A DNA stretch of 53,612 bases from an uncultured Verrucomicrobiota bacterium (GTDB taxonomy: Bacteria; Verrucomicrobiota; Verrucomicrobiia; Limisphaerales; MWDV01), in contig CAYJNU010000001.1 in NCBI GenBank assembly GCA_964371005.1, positions 27,104 through 80,715 of the forward strand. Direction: 5' to 3'. Under the pieces are notes generated by a model. The model saw only the letters and a program-made list of their open reading frames with translations, was not told the DNA's origin and ran no database searches. Of this stretch, positions 24,899 through 32,994 are shown piece after piece; the stretch's first letter is position 1; each line of letters begins with the position of its first letter. The translations under genes and the position numbers were made by a program.

Positions 24899-26737
24899 AT
24901 GCGGGTTGCCATCACAAACGACACAACGACACAGATGGATTCAGCCGCCGTTTCGGAAGTCAACCGGGCCAACATCCCGCCAGCAGAACAACGCCTGAGC
25001 GCTCGCTCGTCGCCCGTCGCCATGCAATTGCCAGGACGCAACGGCCACCGGCTTACCGTCCGGCTGGCCACAGAGCGGGACCGCGAGACCATCTACCGGG
25101 TACGCCATGAGGTTTATGCCCGGGAGCTGGGCCAGCATCACCCCAACGACGCGGGCCGCCTGACGGATGCACTCGACACGTTCAACGCCTACATTGTGAT
25201 TTCCGAAGGGGATACGGTGGCGGGCTTCGTTTCCATCACGCCGCCGGGCAGCCCGAGTTTCTCCATCGACAAGTATCTCCGCCGCGATCAACTCCCGTTC
25301 CCGTTCGACGACCGCCTCTTCGAAGTACGCCTGCTCACCGTCCCGGAGACGAAGCGCCGCCGACTGCTCGCGCTGGCGCTGATGTATGCCTCGTTCCGCT
25401 GGGTCGAAGCCCACGGCGGCACCAGGATTGTGGCCATCGGCCGCCGCGAGGTTTTCAGCATGTACGAGCGCGTGGGGCTCAAGCCCATTGGCCTCACCGT
25501 GCAATCCGGTGCTGTCACCTACGACGTGATGCAAACCACGATGCCGGAGGTTCACGCCGCGTTGCCCGGCATTCGTGGCATGCTTGACCGCATCCAGGCC
25601 GAAATGGCTTGGGACATCGGCGTTGCTTACGACACCCCGGCAGCCTGTTATCACGGCGGCGCCTTCTTCGACGCCGTAGGCGACGAATTCGGCTCGCTGG
25701 AGAAACTCGACACCATCATCAACGCCGACGTGCTGGATGCCTGGTTTCCGCCGTCGCCACGTGCGGTAGCAGCGCTTCAGGAGAATCTCCCACAGCTCCT
25801 GCGCACCTCGCCCCCGACCGGATGCGAAGGGCTGGTGCGCGCCATCGCGCGCACGCGCGGGGTGACACCCGATTCTATCCTGCCGGGCGCGGGTTCGTCC
25901 GACCTCATCTTTCTCGCCTTGCGCTACTGGCTGACACCGCAATCCCGCGTGCTGATTCTGGACCCCACGTATGGCGAGTACGCGCACGTCCTGGAAAAGG
26001 TCATCCGCTGTCGTGTCGAACGTTTGCGACTGCACCGCAACGAACATTTTCGGCTGGATCCGCGCCGCTTGGAGGCCCAGTTCGCGCACGACTACGATCT
26101 GGTTGTGCTGGTAAACCCAAACAGCCCCGCCGGCCAGCACGTTCCGCGTGCCGACCTGGAGCGGGTGTTGCGCGCCGCCCCGTCCCACACGCGGGTCTGG
26201 GTGGACGAAACCTACGTGGACTACGCCGGGCCGGGTGAAACGTTGGAGGCATTCGCCGCGGCCTCGGAGAACGTGATCGTGTGCAAGTCCATGTCGAAAA
26301 CCTACGCGTTGAGCGGCGCGCGGGTGGCGTATTTGTGCGCGGGGCCGCACCAACTGGAATCCCTGCGCCCGCTGACGCCGCCATGGGCGGTCAGCCTGCC
26401 CGCGCAGGTGGCGGCGGTGAAGGCCCTGGAGGACGTGGACTACTACGCGGCGCGCCATGCCGAAACGCACGGGTTGCGTGAGGATCTCGCCAAAGGGTTA
26501 CAGGCGCTCGGCTGGGACGTGCTGCCCAGCATGGCCAATTATCTCCTCTGCCATTTGCCGGCGGAGGGGCCGGACGCGGCGACGGTTGTCGCGCGCGGTC
26601 GGGAACGCGGTTTGTTCCTGCGGGACGCGGCGACGATGGGCTCGCAACTGGGCGACCGCGCGATCCGCGTCGCCGTGAAAAATGCCGCGACGAACGAGCG
26701 GATGCTTCAAATTCTGGGCGGTGTCTTGCGCGCCTGA
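24899..26737 (+). CDS. Fusion protein: GNAT-like N-acyltransferase domain plus class I/II PLP aminotransferase (HisC/CobD-like) domain
   Basis: N-terminal half: 'RETIYRVRHEVYARELGQ...YIVISEGDTVAGFVSITPP...RRRLLALALMYASFRWVEAHGGTRIVAIGRREVFSMYERVGLKP' (acyl-amino-acid-synthase/GNAT-like). C-terminal half: 'ADVLDAWFPPSP...ILPGAGSSDLI...VNPNSPAG...CKSMSKTYALSGARVAYL' (PLP lysine block). The ATG at 24899 inside ORF 24629..26737 was chosen. Confidence 0.7.
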   Translation: MRVAITNDTTTQMDSAAVSEVNRANIPPAEQRLSARSSPVAMQLPGRNGHRLTVRLATERDRETIYRVRHEVYARELGQHHPNDAGRLTDALDTFNAYIVISEGDTVAGFVSITPPGSPSFSIDKYLRRDQLPFPFDDRLFEVRLLTVPETKRRRLLALALMYASFRWVEAHGGTRIVAIGRREVFSMYERVGLKPIGLTVQSGAVTYDVMQTTMPEVHAALPGIRGMLDRIQAEMAWDIGVAYDTPAACYHGGAFFDAVGDEFGSLEKLDTIINADVLDAWFPPSPRAVAALQENLPQLLRTSPPTGCEGLVRAIARTRGVTPDSILPGAGSSDLIFLALRYWLTPQSRVLILDPTYGEYAHVLEKVIRCRVERLRLHRNEHFRLDPRRLEAQFAHDYDLVVLVNPNSPAGQHVPRADLERVLRAAPSHTRVWVDETYVDYAGPGETLEAFAAASENVIVCKSMSKTYALSGARVAYLCAGPHQLESLRPLTPPWAVSLPAQVAAVKALEDVDYYAARHAETHGLREDLAKGLQALGWDVLPSMANYLLCHLPAEGPDAATVVARGRERGLFLRDAATMGSQLGDRAIRVAVKNAATNERMLQILGGVLRA

Positions 26738-26744
26738 ATGCACT

Positions 26745-27833
26745 TCAGGTGGCGGGCGGTGGAAAAAACCGTTCCAGTCGCGCAAACAAGGATCTGTCTC
26801 CCTCCAACTCAATCTGACGTTGGGTCAACGCCTGACGCGCATCGGTCTGCCGGGTGAAGAGGCCCGCCCACACCGCTGCGGTACAACGAACGCGCAGATC
26901 CGGGTCCGTTGCGGCCCCTTCCACCAACTCGCATCGTCCGCGGTCAATTCGGACCTGATACACGAGGTCCGGCTCGCGGAACTCGAACTGCAGGACCGCC
27001 CGCACCCGGGCCGCCGCCTTCGCGTCGAAAAAGCGCACCATCTCGCGCATGAGGATGCGCACGTCCGCGGAGACCTGCTTCTGCACTTCGGCAGGGTCCA
27101 AGCCCGTTTCGCGCAACGCCTCGGCGCGTCTCCAGTAGATGTTTGAGTAGGTGCGGAAATGCTCGGGTGACGCCGCCAGCGGCAGTGCCACCGCCTCGGT
27201 GGTTTCCGCCGTCAATCTCCCGGTCGTGCCGGCCTCGCGCCCCGCCTGAACAAACGCCGTCTCGATCCGCTTCAGCGTCTTCGGTTTCGAGAGCGGATAA
27301 TCCAGCAGATACGATTCCGGCCGTGTCAGTTGGCCGCCGAGTTCCAGATCCAAGCTGTCGGCAATGAGTTGGAAGGTGGCATTCAGTGGCTCGTACGGCT
27401 CCGGGCCGGGCAATGCGCCGGTTACGATGGTGATCAACTTCTTGTGGCGCCAGCGGCGCGGGAAACGCACGCTGTTGCGCGTCAGGCCGCGCGCGGAACG
27501 GACGACGCCGGGCGCAAACAACGGGAACGTGCGCTCAAACCAAGTCTTCAGCAACGCGCTCATCGAGTAGAAGTAGAGTGGCGTCACGCACACGATCACG
27601 TCGGCGTCGAGCACCTGTTCGAGCTGCGCGCCCATGTCATCGCCGTGGACGCATTGACCGGGCGTGACCAGCCAGCAGTGAAAACAACCGAGACAGGGCT
27701 GAACGGAAAGCGCCGAGAGGTCCGTGCCGGTCACCTTTGCCCCGACCTCGTGCAGGCCCTGGAGAAAGAGATCCGCGACGCGCTGCGTGTAGCCATGCTT
27801 GCGCGGATTGCCTCGCACCAGCAGCACCTTCAT
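26745..27833 (-). CDS. Fusion protein: iron-sulfur flavoprotein-like FMN reductase domain plus SCP2 sterol/lipid-carrier domain
   Basis: 'MKVLLVRGNPRKHGYT' is a flavodoxin-like NADPH-FMN-reductase start. The compact Cys motif 'CLGCFHCWLVTPGQC' (CX2CX2CX7C) is present. The C-terminus 'LQFEFREPDLVYQVRIDRGRCELVEGAATDPDLRVRCTAAVWAGLFTRQTDARQALTQRQIELEGDRSLFARL' is SCP2-like. Confidence 0.7.
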   Translation of the reverse strand: MKVLLVRGNPRKHGYTQRVADLFLQGLHEVGAKVTGTDLSALSVQPCLGCFHCWLVTPGQCVHGDDMGAQLEQVLDADVIVCVTPLYFYSMSALLKTWFERTFPLFAPGVVRSARGLTRNSVRFPRRWRHKKLITIVTGALPGPEPYEPLNATFQLIADSLDLELGGQLTRPESYLLDYPLSKPKTLKRIETAFVQAGREAGTTGRLTAETTEAVALPLAASPEHFRTYSNIYWRRAEALRETGLDPAEVQKQVSADVRILMREMVRFFDAKAAARVRAVLQFEFREPDLVYQVRIDRGRCELVEGAATDPDLRVRCTAAVWAGLFTRQTDARQALTQRQIELEGDRSLFARLERFFPPPAT

Positions 27834-28297
27834 GCGCCGCCCTCGATTTGTGCCAGCGTCAAGACGCCGCTGGCAATCACGTTCCGCCCCACCGTGGCCT
27901 CCACGTTGAACCGAAACAATCCGCCGAAGCTCTTGTCGCTCGCCGATCGCAGCACCAGCACGTCGCCAGGCCTGGCCGGGTGGGTGAACTTCACATTGGT
28001 CGTGGCCAGGAAGAACATCTTCGGCCGCTCTGGCGGCGTGGCAGCAGCCAGCTTGTCGCTCAACCCAAGCAGCAGCCCGCTGGTTTGGGCGAGTGCCTCC
28101 GCCACCAATACGCCCGGCATGATGGGGCGGCCGGGAAAGTGCCCGGCGAACTGCGGCTCGTCGGAACGCAGCTCGCGTTCGGCGACGATGGATTTGTAGG
28201 CCTCCAGCCTGACCACGCGATCTACGAACAGGAACGGCGCCCGGTGCGGGAGCAGCGACAGCAGCTCGTCTCGGTTGAAAAGCGGTTGCTCAGTCAT
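27830..28297 (-). CDS. fabZ: 3-hydroxyacyl-ACP dehydratase
   Basis: 'LLPHRAPFLFVDRV' and 'FAGHFPGRPIMPGVLVAEALAQ' are canonical FabZ motifs. ATGA overlap with the downstream gene. Confidence 0.85.
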   Translation of the reverse strand: MTEQPLFNRDELLSLLPHRAPFLFVDRVVRLEAYKSIVAERELRSDEPQFAGHFPGRPIMPGVLVAEALAQTSGLLLGLSDKLAAATPPERPKMFFLATTNVKFTHPARPGDVLVLRSASDKSFGGLFRFNVEATVGRNVIASGVLTLAQIEGGA

Positions 28298-29108
28298 GAT
28301 TCTCAGGGGTGCGGTTTTCCCAGCAGGTCCCGACGTCCAACGCGTTCAACGCGCGCGCCATCCGCCGATGCACCCGGTCGCACAATGTGTTCGCGTCATC
28401 GTCGGGAGCCGGCGGCTCGGGGTCAAGGAAGTGGATGCGATAATCATTGCGACCGCGGGGAAACACGCTCCCCGGCAACTTCGCCATGAACGGCTGTGTG
28501 GAGTGGACGATGACCGGCACGACCGGAACTCGGGCCGCCTGCGCCAGTTGAAAGGCCAACGCATTGAACCGCTGCAGGCGTCCGTTGCGCGCCCGCGTGC
28601 CTTCGGGAAACACGAGCAGGCTGCGGCCCTCGGCAAGCACGCGCCGGCACTTCTCCAGCGAAGCGCCGACGGAACGGAGCGAATGCCGGTCCAGGCTGAC
28701 GAGATCAAAATACTTCGCCAACAAGGCGTACATGGGCTGCCGTGTGTCCCGCGACTTGATCACCACGCCCAGATGCGGCACCAAGCCAAGCAACAAAATG
28801 GCGTCCATGAAGCCGCGATGATTGGCCACCACCACGGCCGGGCGCGCCGCCAGCACCCGATCCAGTCCGGCGATTCCCGCAACGCGATAGACGCCGATGA
28901 CCGGCAACCAGCCGCGGGTGAACAGAGCCAGATAACGGTGAATCAGCGCGTGGATCGTGCGATGACGCGCCCGCGGAAACGGCAATAACACCAGGAGCAC
29001 GGGCACCAGACACAGGACGAACACGCCTTTCGAGACGACGTAGCTCAGATAGCCCAGCGAGCAGCACAGCACCGTCAATGGCAAGCAGCGTTCGCCGGAC
29101 GACTTCAT
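28290..29108 (-). CDS. PlsC-type lysophospholipid/glycerol-phosphate acyltransferase
   Basis: 'VVANHRGFMD' (HX4D) and 'LLVFPEGTRARNG' (FPEGTR), with N-terminal TM helices. Confidence 0.8.
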   Translation of the reverse strand: MKSSGERCLPLTVLCCSLGYLSYVVSKGVFVLCLVPVLLVLLPFPRARHRTIHALIHRYLALFTRGWLPVIGVYRVAGIAGLDRVLAARPAVVVANHRGFMDAILLLGLVPHLGVVIKSRDTRQPMYALLAKYFDLVSLDRHSLRSVGASLEKCRRVLAEGRSLLVFPEGTRARNGRLQRFNALAFQLAQAARVPVVPVIVHSTQPFMAKLPGSVFPRGRNDYRIHFLDPEPPAPDDDANTLCDRVHRRMARALNALDVGTCWENRTPENHD

Positions 29109-30793
29109 GGGGCTTTCACCGGGGCCGCCGCAAGCTTGGCGGCCAGGGCTTCGATCTGCTTTCGTTCACCCGCCAGCGCGGGCTTGCCCGCGAGCGCTGC
29201 CTGACACGCGGTGGCCGCCGCCGAGAACTTGCCCTGCCGCGAGAGCGCTTCGGCAAGCAGCCAACTGTTGCGATAGAATCCCGGATTGTTCGTTTCCGCG
29301 GTGCGCGCCTGAGTCGCCGCAGACTCAATGTCGCCGCGTGCCAGGGCCTGTCGTCCTGCCTCCAGCGCCGCAGTGGCCACGCGGTACCGCTCGAACTCGC
29401 CGCTGGCGAGGATCGGATCTTCCGCCACCGCTTGTTCCGGCAGCACCGTACCCGGCGCGCTCAGGTCGAACGCCACGAAACGACCCAGTTGATGCGGCGG
29501 AAGCGACGCCCAGAATACCCCTGCCGTCAGGTCCATCACCACCGAGTGCGTCGCGATCAGCGGGTTCAAGGTACTGCGATGGCCGTTGCCGGGAAACGCG
29601 CCGCAGGGCAACCGACGGTCGCGGAGGAAAGCGGCGCACTGTGCAGCGTCAACCGGTCTGGACGTTCCTTCGATGAGTTCACGCAGCCGGTCGTAACGCG
29701 CAACCGAGGTGTCCACACGCTTGAATTCCTCGTTGAGCGGATCGTCTTTCAACGCGTCCGTCAGATAGTGATTCGCACAGACGATCCAAGGCTCGTCACC
29801 AGGCTCGCGCACCGCCATGGTGTCCGGCGTCTTCTCGATCACCACGAACCGCCCATCCTTGCGGCTGCCCACGAGAAAGAGCGCGGAGACAAACACCTGC
29901 CGCTTCTGAATGATCGCCTTCGCTTCCTCGATCGTGCGGGCGTGCTGCAACACCTCGCGCGCGACCAAGCACGTCGGCGTCGCGGCGTCGCCGGGCAGGT
30001 GCGAGGGCGCGCCGTTTACGGTCACGGACAAGCCCTCACGGTTCATCCCCGAAACACAACCCGCCATGCCCGCCCACGCCAAAGAAATGAAGGGAATGCC
30101 GTTCGCCGGTTCGCAGATGATCAGAATGCGGTCTTCGTCGAAGATGGGATCGGCTTCCCAATCGAAGTTACGCCCCGCCAGCAAGTGCCCATCGCGCGTG
30201 CGGTCACCCCACGCGCCGAAGGCCGTGCAGCCGCGGCGAATCAGCGGACTGTTCATCAGCATGTAGGAGATGTCCTGCGCCGCGTGGTAGTTCAGCAACC
30301 GGAAATAGAATGGGCCGACCTCCGGATGCGGGTCGCGACAGCCCAAGCTCAGGCCGAGGATTTCCAGTTGTTGATCCGCAGTGATGTGCTCCGGTAGATG
30401 GCGATTCTTATAGACGACGATGAACTTCAAAAGGAACTGCGTCCAGCGATAGGGCGCGACGCGGTGGAACAGGCCCAGCACGGTCTCCTCCTGACGCTCG
30501 ACGTATTTCTGTGTCAGCGCGCCGTTGGCGTAGCCCATCTCGAACGGCGTACCCTTGAGATAAAGCACCGGCAGGCCCTCGACTTTGCCAAACCAGCTCT
30601 GCCCCAGATACACCCGTCCGTCCCGCGACTCAGGCGTGAGCTCGGTGATCGCCGTGTTGACCGGCAGTGGCGGCGGTTTCGCCACCCAGAGGTGCATGAG
30701 CGCCACCATGCCAAGCCATGTGGCGAGCAGCAGTCCGACAAGGCTGCCTGTCACCCAAAGCAGCCGGCGACGCCACTTGTGTTGTCCTCTCAT
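29105..30793 (-). CDS. C45-family Ntn acyltransferase/hydrolase (acyl-CoA:6-APA acyltransferase-like) with an N-terminal TM helix and a C-terminal TPR-like region
   Basis: 'NSPLIRRGCTAFGAWGDRTRDGHLLAGRNFDWE' matches the Gly-Cys autoprocessing/nucleophile block (C189). The N-terminus is 'LLWVTGSLVGLLLATWLGMVALM'. The C-terminus 'ALEAGRQALARGDIESAATQARTAETNNPGFYRNSWLLAEALSRQGKFSAAATACQAAL' is TPR-like. Confidence 0.6.
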   Translation of the reverse strand: MRGQHKWRRRLLWVTGSLVGLLLATWLGMVALMHLWVAKPPPLPVNTAITELTPESRDGRVYLGQSWFGKVEGLPVLYLKGTPFEMGYANGALTQKYVERQEETVLGLFHRVAPYRWTQFLLKFIVVYKNRHLPEHITADQQLEILGLSLGCRDPHPEVGPFYFRLLNYHAAQDISYMLMNSPLIRRGCTAFGAWGDRTRDGHLLAGRNFDWEADPIFDEDRILIICEPANGIPFISLAWAGMAGCVSGMNREGLSVTVNGAPSHLPGDAATPTCLVAREVLQHARTIEEAKAIIQKRQVFVSALFLVGSRKDGRFVVIEKTPDTMAVREPGDEPWIVCANHYLTDALKDDPLNEEFKRVDTSVARYDRLRELIEGTSRPVDAAQCAAFLRDRRLPCGAFPGNGHRSTLNPLIATHSVVMDLTAGVFWASLPPHQLGRFVAFDLSAPGTVLPEQAVAEDPILASGEFERYRVATAALEAGRQALARGDIESAATQARTAETNNPGFYRNSWLLAEALSRQGKFSAAATACQAALAGKPALAGERKQIEALAAKLAAAPVKAP

Positions 30794-31515
30794 CGCCGGA
30801 CTCCTTCGGAGGTTGGAGCAGCCGTGGCAGAAACGGCCAAGTCAACGATGCGCAAGTCGAGCTGGTACGCCCCGGCTTGGACATGGAACTCTGCGGGCAT
30901 CCCAGCGGCCCCACCAAACGTGCGATACCGAGATATCTCAGCACGCCAGAAGGGGCGTTCCTGCTGCGCGAGTTCCACCATTTCCAGTTTGCACCCGGCG
31001 TTGTCGAGGACATAACGCGCGATCATTCTGTCCTCCGTCGGCTTGGTTTGCATCACCATTCGACCGTCCGGCATCATGCCGGCCGCAACCAGCTCCGGCG
31101 GCGGCACAAACAGCCAGCGCAGGTCACGCGCGACGAATTGCCGCGCCCAGTCTTCGCGGAACAAAGGTGTCACCTGGCGCACCTCGGTGTCTCCGTTGTG
31201 ACTCACGCGCACGGCGGTCACCACGCCGAGATTGCTGACCAACGCGAGATCATATCCGGCCGCGGCAACAGACAGAACGCCGTCGCAAGTAAACTGTTTG
31301 CTCCCGACCCGGATGATGGCCCGTTGCACGGCGCGATACTGTGGCGGGAAAAGTCTCGCCACGGTGCGTCTGGCTTGTTCAACCCTCGTCGTCTCCAACG
31401 GCACGGCCTCCGTCACTGCCAAAGGCAGGAGTTTGCGGCTCGTCACGCAACCACAGGCCACCAGAGCCAGCAGAAGGCTCGACAACAGTGTTGAAACAGT
31501 CTTCGCGCTGCTCAC
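30790..31515 (-). CDS. Lipoprotein of unknown function (possibly DUF3261-like, as found next to LolA-like genes in aryl-polyene-type clusters)
   Basis: Signal peptide with lipobox 'LLLALVACG'. GTGA overlap with the upstream LolA-like gene and ATGA overlap downstream. The family assignment is by context only. Confidence 0.5.
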   Translation of the reverse strand: MSSAKTVSTLLSSLLLALVACGCVTSRKLLPLAVTEAVPLETTRVEQARRTVARLFPPQYRAVQRAIIRVGSKQFTCDGVLSVAAAGYDLALVSNLGVVTAVRVSHNGDTEVRQVTPLFREDWARQFVARDLRWLFVPPPELVAAGMMPDGRMVMQTKPTEDRMIARYVLDNAGCKLEMVELAQQERPFWRAEISRYRTFGGAAGMPAEFHVQAGAYQLDLRIVDLAVSATAAPTSEGVRR

Positions 31516-32216
31516 GGCTGCTTGGTGTTCTGGGATGCGGCGGCTCGAATTTCCGTCATCCCGACGGGTGCGCTACGATCAAATGCCTTGGCCGGAAACG
31601 CCACGCCAATCGTTTGCTCACTGAATCGGATGTCCGTGAAATCGCCGCCCGTTTCTCGCAAGACCACTCGCCGCGTGGCCTTGAGGTCGGGCGCAAGATG
31701 CACCTCGATTGCTCGCATCACCTTCCGCATCTTTTCGTTGCGGGGAGTGAGCTGGACAACGACTCCGTCCGATGAATTGGTCAGCGCCACCGCGTAATCG
31801 CGGCTCTCGCTGGCGTAGCGGCCTTCCATGATCCCGGCGATCTGGGCGATGACATTTTGCATCGCGGCGGCCAATCCCATGTCGAGCTTCTTCCACTTCT
31901 CGTCTGTCCACTCGAACTGCGCCACGCCCGAGCCGTCGGAAATCAGAATGGATTGATACGGCTGCGTGACTTCCCAACGGATGCGTCCCGGTTTCTGAAA
32001 GCACAACCACCCTTCCGAGCGCAGAGGTTCGTTAAACAGCGACAGATGCCGCTCTTGGACGAAGCGGCTCAGGACGCAATCCGCCCGGCCCAGCGCCTGG
32101 CTGACCTCGGCCAGCGAAACAGCAGCCGCGTTCGTGGCTTGGGCCGCAGCCAACCGGGCGAACCCGAGCGCTACCAGCACCACCAGGACACCGAGTGTGT
32201 TCGAAAATCTATTCAT
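31512..32216 (-). CDS. LolA-like outer-membrane lipoprotein/lipid carrier protein
   Basis: Signal peptide 'MNRFSNTLGVLVVLVALGFARLAAAQA'. 'FVQERHLSLFNEPLRSEGWLCFQKPGRIRWEVTQPYQSILISDG' follows the LolA pattern. ATG 32216 was chosen (8-nt overlap with the upstream stop); the ORF is open to 32285. Confidence 0.7.
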   Translation of the reverse strand: MNRFSNTLGVLVVLVALGFARLAAAQATNAAAVSLAEVSQALGRADCVLSRFVQERHLSLFNEPLRSEGWLCFQKPGRIRWEVTQPYQSILISDGSGVAQFEWTDEKWKKLDMGLAAAMQNVIAQIAGIMEGRYASESRDYAVALTNSSDGVVVQLTPRNEKMRKVMRAIEVHLAPDLKATRRVVLRETGGDFTDIRFSEQTIGVAFPAKAFDRSAPVGMTEIRAAASQNTKQP

Positions 32217-32994
32217 TGGGTTCCTCGCACTCGACCAGTTCATCCAGCCGCAGGCATTCGTACCCGGCGGATTGGAGCCGGTCAATCAGCATTGAAACCG
32301 CGGCCAGCAACCGCTCCACCGGCCCCCCGCCATCGTGCAACAGCAAAACCGCGCCCGGGCGCAAACCCCGCAGCAGCCGGCTGACAATCTGTTCCGGCGT
32401 ATCAGCCAGCCGCGAATCCAAACCACGCGCCGTGTAGCCGGTCACGCGCAGGTTCAGCTCGCGTGCGACCCGGAATACGCGCTGGTTGCTCAATCCCATC
32501 GGCGGCCGAAAGAACCGGGGCGCCTGGCCAGTGGCCTGGCGGATGGCCTCCTGCGCCTCGGCAAGCTCCCCGCGCAGCCGCGCCACGCTAAACAGGTTCG
32601 TCCCGCGATGATGCCGGTGTGAGTGATTTTCGACCAGATGCCCCTCGGCGACCACGCGGCGGACGAGTTCGGGATGCTGCGCTACACGTTCGCCCACGCA
32701 GAAGAACGCCGCCTTCACCTGCCGTTTCGCCAGCAAGTCCAACAGCGCCGGCGTGGCGACCGGGTCTGGGCCGTCGTCGAACGTCAGGCCAACCACGCGC
32801 CGCGTGGTGCGGACGCGGCAAAGGCTCGGGCCGAACATTCGCCACTGAGGAAAGGAAACGCCCAGCCCGACGGTGAGCCCAGCGACACAGCAAAGCACGA
32901 TCAATAAACCCCATCGCTGCGGGCCGTGCGTTTGCCAGATGATCAGTGCGGCCAGAAGAACCGTGCCGACGACGAGACATTGGTAGCGGGTCAC
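32209..32994 (-). CDS. Polysaccharide deacetylase (NodB homology domain), membrane anchored
   Basis: 'VGLTFDDGPDP' and 'VENHSHRH' are NodB motifs 1 and 2, and two N-terminal TM helices are present. GTG 32994 forms a GTGA overlap with the KS-CLF stop; the ORF is open to 33159, so the start is uncertain. Confidence 0.8.
   Translation of the reverse strand: MTRYQCLVVGTVLLAALIIWQTHGPQRWGLLIVLCCVAGLTVGLGVSFPQWRMFGPSLCRVRTTRRVVGLTFDDGPDPVATPALLDLLAKRQVKAAFFCVGERVAQHPELVRRVVAEGHLVENHSHRHHRGTNLFSVARLRGELAEAQEAIRQATGQAPRFFRPPMGLSNQRVFRVARELNLRVTGYTARGLDSRLADTPEQIVSRLLRGLRPGAVLLLHDGGGPVERLLAAVSMLIDRLQSAGYECLRLDELVECEEPNE

Noticed and set aside
24941-26470. 509-aa minus-strand ORF antisense to the GNAT::aminotransferase gene. 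Similar long antisense ORFs lie at 29078-30397 (+), 33348-34916 (+), 39839-40960 (+), 44618-46021 (-) and 48310-49617 (-)
   Set aside because: All are opposite to ORFs with strong family motifs (PLP lysine block, C45 nucleophile, KS Cys/His/His, MIO triad, radical SAM CX3CX2C). All have the Arg/Gly/Pro-rich composition typical of off-frame translation of GC-rich genes.
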